Positions 1-8,115 of a stretch of 64,000 bases of DNA are shown here, one piece after another. The stretch is from contig JBHLMQ010000006.1 of assembly GCA_048938005.1 (NCBI GenBank), positions 64,001 through 128,000 of the forward strand. The letters run 5' to 3'. How positions within the stretch are numbered: the stretch's first letter is position 1; the number at the start of each line of letters is the position of its first letter. The position numbers and the translations under genes are program-made. The DNA comes from Promethearchaeota archaeon. GTDB lineage: Archaea; Asgardarchaeota; Lokiarchaeia; Sigyniarchaeales; SOKP01. Under the pieces are notes generated by a model. That model saw nothing but the letters and a program-made list of their open reading frames with translations. It ran no database searches and had not been told where the DNA came from.

Positions 1-96
1 AACCACACACTCGAGAACTTTTTGCATATGGACTAATGTTTTATTAATTGCACTTTCTTCATTTCTGGATTGAAAAAATTTAAATAAAGAACTCAT
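1..96 (-). CDS. Partial (N-terminal) DUF47/PhoU-like phosphate transport regulator; runs off the window edge
   Basis: Not in the ORF track. ATG at 94-96 follows a GAGGT SD (acctc 107-111) and reads MSSLFKFFQSRNEESAINKTLVHMQKVLECVV; the HMxKVxECV pattern resembles DUF47 N-termini. Confidence 0.5.
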   Translation of the reverse strand, partial: MSSLFKFFQSRNEESAINKTLVHMQKVLECVV

Positions 97-136
97 TTTC
101 TTAAAAACCTCTTTTTTAATTTAATTTTGATTAATA

Positions 137-1360
137 TTATTCTAATTTCAATACTTCTTTTATGTATTGCTCTCCCGGATGTTTAAATAAAATACCTAAT
201 TCTTTAGGAAAATAAATTGTCACCGCTGAATTTTCTAAAAAAGTATTATGAACTTCATAGGTTGCAGGAATTGTAACAATCATTATTTTCTCTTGCCTAT
301 TTATTTTAATAATAACTTCAAACCGATAAAAAACCCCCATAAATTTTCGGCGATTTATTTTTCCTAAACAAGCATTTTTTTTATCTTTTATTCGATTTCC
401 TAACCTTATCTTCATATGATTAGCTCGAACTACTAATATTATTTTATCTCCATGATTAATCTTATCGAATTTGCCCTTCTTCACATATGCGGCAACCATA
501 TCATCAAAACCTATGTCTATTGGCATTGGAATTGAATCTTTATGAATTTCTGTATAGAATTTATCACTCTGCTTTGATTTTTTATAAATATCCCAAGTTG
601 GTTTATTGTTTTTTATACATTTTCCCTCAAAGATATTTATTTCACTCATGAAATTTGCAACAAAGAGATTTATTGGATTATAGTAGATTTCATTAGGTGT
701 TCCGATTTGAATAATTTTTCCTTGATCCATAACAGCTAATCTGTCAGCAACCATCATAGCTTCTTGCTCATCATTAGTTACGTGTATTACTGTCAATTCT
801 AATTCTTTAGATTTTGCCATTAATAATAGTTCTCTCCGTAATTCCATTCTAAGCCCTGCATCAAGGGCTTTTAAAGGTTCATCTAATATTAATAACTTAG
901 TTTGCTCTAGATTTAAAAGAGCTCGACATAAAGCAACTCGTTGTTTCATACCACCACTTAATTCTTCTGGTATAGCTGTATTTCTTCCTGTTAAAAGTGT
1001 CATCATCAAAACTTGATCTACAAGGATTTGTGTCTGCTTGGGATCTCTAGCATGAACCCGACTACTATATGAAATATTTTCTACAATGTTCATATGGGGA
1101 AATAAAGCATAATTTTCGAACATAAATCCCAAATTACGTTCCTCAGATGTTAGTTTTGTTACTTCTTTACTATTAAAAAATATCTTTCCATTATCCGGTT
1201 TTTCAAGACCTGCTATTATTTTAAGTAAAGTAGTTTTGCCTGCCCCTGTTGGACCAAGAATTATAAAATACTCTTTATCCTTAATTTCAAGTGAAATTTC
1301 ATCAAGAGCTTGGAAATTTCTGAAAGATTTCGAAACGTTCTTTAATTCAATTCTTACCAT
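137..1360 (-). CDS. ABC transporter ATP-binding subunit (PotA/CysA/MalK-like, C-terminal TOBE region)
   Basis: Walker A GPTGAGKTT, signature LSGGMKQR, Walker B LILDEP, H-loop HVTND; GGTGA SD upstream. Confidence 0.92.
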   Translation of the reverse strand: MVRIELKNVSKSFRNFQALDEISLEIKDKEYFIILGPTGAGKTTLLKIIAGLEKPDNGKIFFNSKEVTKLTSEERNLGFMFENYALFPHMNIVENISYSSRVHARDPKQTQILVDQVLMMTLLTGRNTAIPEELSGGMKQRVALCRALLNLEQTKLLILDEPLKALDAGLRMELRRELLLMAKSKELELTVIHVTNDEQEAMMVADRLAVMDQGKIIQIGTPNEIYYNPINLFVANFMSEINIFEGKCIKNNKPTWDIYKKSKQSDKFYTEIHKDSIPMPIDIGFDDMVAAYVKKGKFDKINHGDKIILVVRANHMKIRLGNRIKDKKNACLGKINRRKFMGVFYRFEVIIKINRQEKIMIVTIPATYEVHNTFLENSAVTIYFPKELGILFKHPGEQYIKEVLKLE

Positions 1361-1378
1361 TTATTCTCACCAATATTA

Positions 1379-2524
1379 TTATGTCAAAGAAAGTTCATTG
1401 AATAGATTTTCAGGACTCTTAAATATATGCATATCATCCATATGAATACCAATTATCAATTCCTGTCCCGGAATAAAGTTTTCCTCAAAATTTCCAGGCT
1501 TTAAGGATGAAAATCTATCTCCATTATCCAATATTAAATAAAACCTTTTAGTTGTTCCTATAAATCTTGAAATTTCTAAAATTGCATTAAATAATTGCAT
1601 TTTAGACCAATCATATGGACTGGATTCAAAATTATAATCTTTTGGAAATAGATAAACATCTTCAAAACGAAAGGCAATAACAAGATTATCATCAAGATTA
1701 AATCTATTTTTAAAATTATTGCATACGATTTGCGGGCCACCTAAACGAATCCAGACATTCATTTTTTCATTTTCTAATAGTTTCAGAACAAATCCTTGGA
1801 AAAAATTTGTTTCTCCTAAAAAATTTGCAACAAATATACTGTTTGGATTCTCATATAATTCATATGGAGTCCCCATTTGAAGTATTCTTCCGGATCTCAT
1901 AATGATTATTTTATCTGCGATTGCCATCGCTTCTTCTTGATTATGAGTTACATGTATAGCTGTTAAACCTAAATCCTTGATTAGGTTTCTTAGCTCATGA
2001 CGGAATACTTTTGATACTTTTGGATCTAATGAACCTAAGGGTTCATCCATGATTAAAATTTTAGCTCCGGTTGCTATAGCTCGAGCGATACCCAATTTCT
2101 GTAAACCTGGATTTCCGAATATGTTTGGATATTCATCTGCATAATCTAATAATCCAACCATATTTAATGCTTTTTCAGCTTCTTTTATAATATAATCATC
2201 TTCATACCCACGCATCTCTAAACCAAATGTGACATTTTCCCATACAGTTAAGTGTTCAAAAATTTCAAAATGTTGAAAAATGAAACCCATATCTCTATTT
2301 TCGGGTGGTATTCCCTGTACCTTTTTTCCCTCTATTAAAACTTCTCCGCTCGTTGGTTCTTCAAGCCCTGCAATCATTCTTAATGTAGTAGTTTTTCCAC
2401 ATCCAGTAGGTCCAAGGAGAAATACATAATCTCCATCATCAATTTTTAGAGAGACATTATCAACCGCAAGAACTCGTCCTTCATTGAAAGTTTTGCTGAC
2501 ATTTATTAATTCTATCGAAGGTAT
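1379..2524 (-). CDS. Second ABC transporter ATP-binding subunit; true start upstream of the ORF call, probably ATA at 2522-2524
   Basis: The frame extends upstream of 2377 as IPSIELINVSKTFNEGRVLAVDNVSLKIDDGDYVFLLGPTGCGKTTTLR, which contains Walker A. Walker B is LIMDEP; the signature is degenerate (FGNPGLQK). GGAGGT SD lies upstream of ATA. Confidence 0.88.
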   Translation of the reverse strand: MPSIELINVSKTFNEGRVLAVDNVSLKIDDGDYVFLLGPTGCGKTTTLRMIAGLEEPTSGEVLIEGKKVQGIPPENRDMGFIFQHFEIFEHLTVWENVTFGLEMRGYEDDYIIKEAEKALNMVGLLDYADEYPNIFGNPGLQKLGIARAIATGAKILIMDEPLGSLDPKVSKVFRHELRNLIKDLGLTAIHVTHNQEEAMAIADKIIIMRSGRILQMGTPYELYENPNSIFVANFLGETNFFQGFVLKLLENEKMNVWIRLGGPQIVCNNFKNRFNLDDNLVIAFRFEDVYLFPKDYNFESSPYDWSKMQLFNAILEISRFIGTTKRFYLILDNGDRFSSLKPGNFEENFIPGQELIIGIHMDDMHIFKSPENLFNELSLT

Positions 2525-2525
2525 T

Positions 2526-4163
2526 TTAATTACCTCCCTTTTTTTTAATTGTTCGTAAAATAAAAATCAAAAAGGCGCTAAAGATTATAACAATTACACT
2601 GGCGAATATAGCACTGGGAAATGCATTTGCCTCTACCCAATCAACTATAAGGACTGGTACGGTCCTAATACTGCCCATAACTACAATGGTAGCTCCTGTT
2701 TCCCCTAAAGAGCGAGTAAATACCATAATACAACCAGCAATAATTCCTTGTTTTATATTAGGAAGTGTTATCCTTCTAAATACCGTTAAATTTGATGCAC
2801 CTAAAGTACGAGCCGCTTCCTCAACCCCTTTATTTGAAGTTTCCAATACTCCTATAATGGGTCTTACCATGTAAGGAAAGGTAAAAGCAACATGGACGAA
2901 TAAAATCATAAAAAATCCAGACTGAAACAATCCTAAACCTGCGGGACCCCAAAATAAGAAGGTTGCAAATCCTAAAGCTGCTGAAGGTATTGCTATAGGG
3001 ATATCTAAAATTGTATCTAAAAATGTTATAATCCTACCCCACTTTCTTTTAGTAATTATAAATGCAAATGGAATTCCAAAAATGAGGTTAATCAAGACAG
3101 CCAAGGCACCTATTCCTATTGAATAAATAAAGCTCGTGTACAAATATGCCCATTTATAATCTTGCCCTAAAAACAAATCTCCTATTAAATTTTCTCCAAA
3201 TAAATCAACAATTATATAAAAAGCAGGAATAAGAATAAAACTTAGGAGAATTACTAATGCTAGAATATCTCTTAAATATCTTAAATTCCTACGACTTAAG
3301 AATCGTTCTATCCTGGGCCAAACTGATTTCACTGGAAATCCTACCTTTCGAGTTAAGAACTTAATTGAAAAAAGGAGTATAAGTGAAATTGCTATTAATA
3401 TACCTGCTAATAGTGAAGCAGATGGTATCTCTAATTGTCTTCTAAACCCTACAATCATAATGGGTGCGGTTTCAACCAAACCTGAAAGTATAATTGTAGC
3501 GCCTGTTTCACCGAGACTTCTTGTAAATGCTAGAACTGCTCCCGCAATTAATCCCTCTTTCATCATTGGTAATGTAATTGTCCGAAAAACTGTAAATCCT
3601 GGAGCTCCTAGAGTTCGAGCTGCGTCTTCATATAATGTAGAGGTTTTTTCTAATACAATTTTCATATTACGTACAATATAAGGAAATGTGAAAATTACAT
3701 GCCCAAATAAAATTAATATAAATCCCGGTTCAATCCCAAATATCCCCCAAAATAATAATACAGAAAAACCTAACGCACTCGTTGGAATTGCCATAGGTAA
3801 ATCTACTAGGGCATCAAGAATTTTTTTTCCTCTAAAATCATAGCGGGTTAATATGATTGAAATTGGAAAAGCAATTATGATATCAATTGCAACAGCAATT
3901 GCAGCAATAGTGAATGAATAACCAAGAGCGCTCAACATATTGAGCCATTGTAGATTTCCTAATAACTCATCATTAAATACATCTTGATTTATAGCTGGAA
4001 TATTTAAGAGAATAGTTGAAAAAATGTTAATTACAGGACCAATAATAACTAAAAGAAAGAAAATAATAACAATAATATCTAAGCTTTTTCGATATATAGG
4101 TTTAGAAAAAAATCTGTCTACTTTTAAATTAAAAGGTAATTTTAATTCATCAACTATATGCAT
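2526..4163 (-). CDS. ABC permease with two fused BPD_transp_1 modules (ModB/CysT/FbpB-like)
   Basis: Internal duplication: LPMAIPTSALG..EDAARTLGA..FTRSLGETGAT and IPIAIPSAALG..EEAARTLGA..FTRSLGETGAT. May start at ATT 4209-4211. Confidence 0.9.
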   Translation of the reverse strand: MHIVDELKLPFNLKVDRFFSKPIYRKSLDIIVIIFFLLVIIGPVINIFSTILLNIPAINQDVFNDELLGNLQWLNMLSALGYSFTIAAIAVAIDIIIAFPISIILTRYDFRGKKILDALVDLPMAIPTSALGFSVLLFWGIFGIEPGFILILFGHVIFTFPYIVRNMKIVLEKTSTLYEDAARTLGAPGFTVFRTITLPMMKEGLIAGAVLAFTRSLGETGATIILSGLVETAPIMIVGFRRQLEIPSASLLAGILIAISLILLFSIKFLTRKVGFPVKSVWPRIERFLSRRNLRYLRDILALVILLSFILIPAFYIIVDLFGENLIGDLFLGQDYKWAYLYTSFIYSIGIGALAVLINLIFGIPFAFIITKRKWGRIITFLDTILDIPIAIPSAALGFATFLFWGPAGLGLFQSGFFMILFVHVAFTFPYMVRPIIGVLETSNKGVEEAARTLGASNLTVFRRITLPNIKQGIIAGCIMVFTRSLGETGATIVVMGSIRTVPVLIVDWVEANAFPSAIFASVIVIIFSAFLIFILRTIKKKGGN

Positions 4164-4223
4164 CTCTTCCAGATACTGGATTTCTTTTTTATTTTTTTTG
4201 TGTGATCTAATTTTTATAACCTC

Positions 4224-5348
4224 CTATGCTGTTGCTTTACAAAGTAGCCATAAATCTGGAATTTTCAACAAAATCTCTCCATCTTTAGGTATTTTTAATT
4301 CCGGTATGTTAAGTTCGTAGGCAATTCCATTATTTTCATAATTAAAGACTTCGGGATCTAAGGGAATTGAAGGATCAATTGGTCTAAAACCATATTGTAG
4401 TGCAGATGCAACAGTTTCATTCTTATTAAGAAAATTTAGAAAGGATTCTGCTACTACTCTTTGTTCAGATGTAATCCAATTAGCATTTAATATACAAAAG
4501 GGGTGATCACTGTATAAAGTTCCTTCCTCGGGGTAAATAGCAATTATTTTGCCTCCAGTTGCGGTACTCGATATATCTCTTATTAAATTTTCGTATAAAA
4601 AAGCTATATTTAAAGCACTAGGGCCTTCACTTTTCATATAACGAGCTAAAAATCCTGTAGATTTTCCATACAATACCGCTCTTGATTCAAATTCCCTCAA
4701 CCATTGTTGATTGTTTGAATTAGTAAGATCACTTATTGATAAATTTTCTGAAGGTGTCCCTGAGACTGCAGATAATGCCATAATAACGCTCATAAAACCA
4801 GAATTTGACAGACGTGGATCAGTGTGAGCCATTCTGATATTTAAACTTTGATCTAAACTTAAATTATGAACATCTGCAAATCCTTTAATATTATGAGTTA
4901 AGTTAAAAGCTTCCCACGTAGCAATTACTATAGGAGAATATATTATTTTTACAGCATCACTAATATTAACTATAGGATCTATGCTTTTAGTTAAATCCGC
5001 CCACTTTTTATTTAATATAGGCATCCAAATCGAACTAGCAGGGCTCCAAATCGTTGGAAATATCTCACTATTTAACATAGAAATTATTGAATCTGAAGAA
5101 CCATATGGATGCATATCGATGCTAATTGGTTCATCTGGATGTGTGTTTTTCCATTCATCCATAAAATCTGAGTAAGCAACAGTCATCCAGCTTGCCTTTT
5201 CAGAACTATAAATGATCGTAATATGAATTTTCTGTCCTGCGGCCCCAAGTATAATATTGGCAGAGAGACTTCCAATAAAGAACCCTAATATAAAAATAAT
5301 CACTATATTTATTTTATTTTGCTTTTTAACTTTGCGTGATTGATTCAT
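4224..5348 (-). CDS. ABC substrate-binding protein with N-terminal membrane anchor (SBP type often fused to vWA domains)
   Basis: N-terminal TM helix; motifs SSEK..W, PTIWSPAS, SPIVIATW, HTDPRLSNSG, IYPEEGT..DHP; first gene of the ABC operon. Confidence 0.8.
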   Translation of the reverse strand: MNQSRKVKKQNKINIVIIFILGFFIGSLSANIILGAAGQKIHITIIYSSEKASWMTVAYSDFMDEWKNTHPDEPISIDMHPYGSSDSIISMLNSEIFPTIWSPASSIWMPILNKKWADLTKSIDPIVNISDAVKIIYSPIVIATWEAFNLTHNIKGFADVHNLSLDQSLNIRMAHTDPRLSNSGFMSVIMALSAVSGTPSENLSISDLTNSNNQQWLREFESRAVLYGKSTGFLARYMKSEGPSALNIAFLYENLIRDISSTATGGKIIAIYPEEGTLYSDHPFCILNANWITSEQRVVAESFLNFLNKNETVASALQYGFRPIDPSIPLDPEVFNYENNGIAYELNIPELKIPKDGEILLKIPDLWLLCKATA

Positions 5349-5569
5349 AATTTTCTAAGGGTCATTATATTTTAGTTTAAATAAAAGATCTAATATAACT
5401 ATCTAAAAAAGTGAACAAGATACCACATAATATCCCTAATATCAATACGATTAGAAACAAGGTTCCTTTGTTCATAAGACTTGCTTATTCAAACACTATA
5501 TATTTTTTTAAGATTAAAATTACACTTCTGTTTGAAAATAATTAGTTGTAAGTTATTTGAATAGTTTTA

Positions 5570-5605
5570 CTATATATCCTATATAGCCTATATAGAGATA
5601 TATAG
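5570..5605. promoter_or_regulatory. Array of four TATATA units inside an inverted repeat; candidate operator
   Basis: CTATATATC-CTATATAG-C-CTATATAG-A-GATATATAG; the outer 9-mers are perfect reverse complements; units spaced 9, 9 and 10 bp; lies upstream of the ABC operon. Confidence 0.4.
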
Positions 5606-5619
5606 CTTTGAAGCAATAA

Positions 5620-7194
5620 TTATAGTAAACTCTCTCCAACAATACTCTTATGTGGCTCTTTTCCTAAAATTTTTAATAATGTTGGGACTATATCTGTTAT
5701 TTTACAATAAGTAATGTGCTTATGTGGAATTTCTAAAGATCCTCCTATTATTAATGGAACAACCATACAATTCCGTAAGCCTCTATCATGATCATAGATA
5801 TTTTTACCCTTATGTTTTCCATGATGAATATTAAAAATCACAGTTTCATCATTACTGAGAATAATATCAGAACTTCTAGGATTTTTAAAGTGACGTGGTA
5901 TTAAATCGGGATACATCGGGTAATCAAGATGATGTGTAGCCTCCAACCATTCTTGAGTTGAGTGAAATTTATTATCCAATAAACCACTTGCAATATTATC
6001 ATCTATGTATCCAAAAATATCTTTCTCATCGTTTTCCAAGATATACCGTGTTTTATATTCTAAACCATTTCCATCATATTCAATTCTTCCCTTTATTATT
6101 TCACCAGAAGCTTTGATTTTTCTTTTAAGATATATCGTTCCTTTATTGTATGTATTCCCATTATCTCTGTAGTACATTAGATGGCTTCCAGGGATTCTAT
6201 ATAATTCGTTTAATAGGTTTATTCTTTTCGGACCGTAATTCTTGAGTTCTTTTAGACTAGGGCGAGACCAGCTATTTTTAAAATTGGAGCGATCATTACC
6301 CTTAAAATTAAAGAATCCTACACCTGAATAATCAGCAAGATCCATATTTCCCTTTAAATTTTTAAGAGGGTGATAATGAGTTAAACCATTCTGTCTAAAG
6401 AAGTTTGATAAATTTCCAACTTTATCGGCTTTGTAATTTCCATGGTCTGAAGTAATTGCTATAACAGTATCATCTAAATATCCCATTTTTTCTAAATTAT
6501 CTATTAGTATCCCTATAACTTTATCAATGTGTAATAGATTCAATTTATATATACGCGAATCGAAACCAAACTTATGCAATAAAAGATCAGATGAGATAAA
6601 CCACAGTATCGAGCAAATTGGGGGCTCTGAATTCTCAAAGAATTTTTTAGGTTTCTTGAAAGTTTCCAGCAATTTTTGCATAATTACTGAGTTGGATCTA
6701 ATCATCCTCCTTTTTACACTAGGGTAATATTTTAAAAGGAGATAATACAAGGCAAGTCTTGTTTTTCTTTCAGGAAAAACATAATTAGAACCTCTATTAA
6801 TAAATTGAGCTATACTTGCACTATTACCATCTCCCACCATTTCAAAAATCGTTCTACAATTATTTCCTATTTCATTATTAATTTTGTAGATTTGTAGATT
6901 TTTAGCAGCATAACTTCTTAAAATTGGTGGAGAGAAGTCACGTCCCATCCAATTTATTAATGGAACTCCGTGGGATGGTTCTTTCTTAAAATTTCCAGTA
7001 TAGGTTCCAGTTATTATAGATACGTGGGCAGGATAAGTAATAGGAGGAAAATCAGTTATACAGTTCTCAGAATAAATCCCCTTTTCCAATAATTTTTTCA
7101 TATTAGGGAGTAAACCTTTATTTATATAATCGAAAAAGTGTTCAGCCCTTACGTCGTCAATGATACAAAGAATAACCCTGTTGATCTTATTTAT
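5620..7194 (-). CDS. Alkaline phosphatase superfamily / type I phosphodiesterase-nucleotide pyrophosphatase; probable ATA (or TTA) start
   Basis: FPPITYPAH..IITG (Thr nucleophile), D..LHKFG, ITSDHG, YDHD. The first metal-binding motif VILCIIDDVR lies upstream of the ORF-track ATG (7101); in-frame TGA at 7201-7203. Confidence 0.85.
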   Translation of the reverse strand: MNKINRVILCIIDDVRAEHFFDYINKGLLPNMKKLLEKGIYSENCITDFPPITYPAHVSIITGTYTGNFKKEPSHGVPLINWMGRDFSPPILRSYAAKNLQIYKINNEIGNNCRTIFEMVGDGNSASIAQFINRGSNYVFPERKTRLALYYLLLKYYPSVKRRMIRSNSVIMQKLLETFKKPKKFFENSEPPICSILWFISSDLLLHKFGFDSRIYKLNLLHIDKVIGILIDNLEKMGYLDDTVIAITSDHGNYKADKVGNLSNFFRQNGLTHYHPLKNLKGNMDLADYSGVGFFNFKGNDRSNFKNSWSRPSLKELKNYGPKRINLLNELYRIPGSHLMYYRDNGNTYNKGTIYLKRKIKASGEIIKGRIEYDGNGLEYKTRYILENDEKDIFGYIDDNIASGLLDNKFHSTQEWLEATHHLDYPMYPDLIPRHFKNPRSSDIILSNDETVIFNIHHGKHKGKNIYDHDRGLRNCMVVPLIIGGSLEIPHKHITYCKITDIVPTLLKILGKEPHKSIVGESLL

Positions 7195-7327
7195 TAAGTT
7201 TCACCACTCGTAATTCTAGTTATGTATACCTATTCTTCCAAATAAATACATACTATTATAAAAAATTAACTAAGATTTTATACAAATATATAGAAAAGAG
7301 AAAAATGGTCTGAAATGTTGGGTATAA

Positions 7328-7432
7328 TGGAGCCCCCGACGGGATTTGAACCCGCGACCTGCAGATTACAAGTCTGCTGCTATACCGCTTAGCCAAATAA
7401 TAAGTTCATAAATTATTTTAAGCTACGGAGGC
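7328..7432 (-). tRNA. tRNA-Thr(UGU) with encoded CCA and a 30-nt intron in the D arm
   Basis: Acceptor GCCTCCG/CGGGGGC, anticodon arm GCAGA-CTTGTAA-TCTGC, T arm GCGGG-TTCAAAT-CCCGT, discriminator U then CCA; AT-rich insert at about 7389-7418. Confidence 0.93.
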
Positions 7433-7632
7433 TAGGGGGCTTTATAAATTTAATTTTATATTTTATATGAAAGTGTTATAAATTTTTAATTTTGTGGTTT
7501 TAGACGCTTTTAAAAACTAACCAAAATAATTAAAAGTTTACTTATCTTTTTGTTAATCAATTATCTTATTATTAATTAAAAGTTCACTTATCTTACTTAG
7601 GAATAATATATAACAAGATGAGGTAAAAAAAA

Positions 7633-7977
7633 GTGTCTCCATTCACGAAAGAGGATGTAACTTCTCTAGCATTTAAAATTTATAAGGAAAATAAGAGTTT
7701 AGATAAATCTATTTGGGAATTGGCTGAGCTTTGTGTCACGATTAATAAAAATGTTAAAGATGGATATGATATCAAACCATTAGAAACAGATAACTTAATT
7801 CTTTTAATAAGAGAAAATGTTAACGGTCAATTGATTGTTCCTTCCGAAGGTGAAATTAAAGTAGTTGCTGAAATTATTTATCATGAAAATCCCTCCAAGA
7901 GTCAACTCGATTGGTACATAGCCGAGAAACAACTTCTTTTAGAAGAAATTAAAAGATTAATTAATAATAACAGATAG
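7633..7977 (+). CDS. Small protein with two DUF2934-like helical repeats
   Basis: Repeats EDVTSLAFKIYKENKSLDKSIWELAE and GEIKVVAEIIYHENPSKSQLDWYIAE (I..A..I.....W..AE); GAGGT SD before the GTG start. Confidence 0.6.
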   Translation: MSPFTKEDVTSLAFKIYKENKSLDKSIWELAELCVTINKNVKDGYDIKPLETDNLILLIRENVNGQLIVPSEGEIKVVAEIIYHENPSKSQLDWYIAEKQLLLEEIKRLINNNR

Positions 7978-8115
7978 AAACAGATTTTCATAAACACAAA
8001 TCAAGTAATTCTTCCTTTTTCCATATATTAAATAAGGAATAGTGGGTATTATAATAAATATTATAATAATTATTTATATTAGAGATTGAAATATTATTTT
8101 TTATTGGTTTGAAAA

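Noticed and set aside
2526-4163. Direct DNA repeats inside the permease
   Set aside because: Explained by the internal duplication of the permease module, not by a mobile or CRISPR repeat
7328-7640. tRNA-Thr as a possible integration site for a mobile element
   Set aside because: No integrase, no duplicated tRNA 3' end seen in the window, and the flanking genes are housekeeping or metabolic
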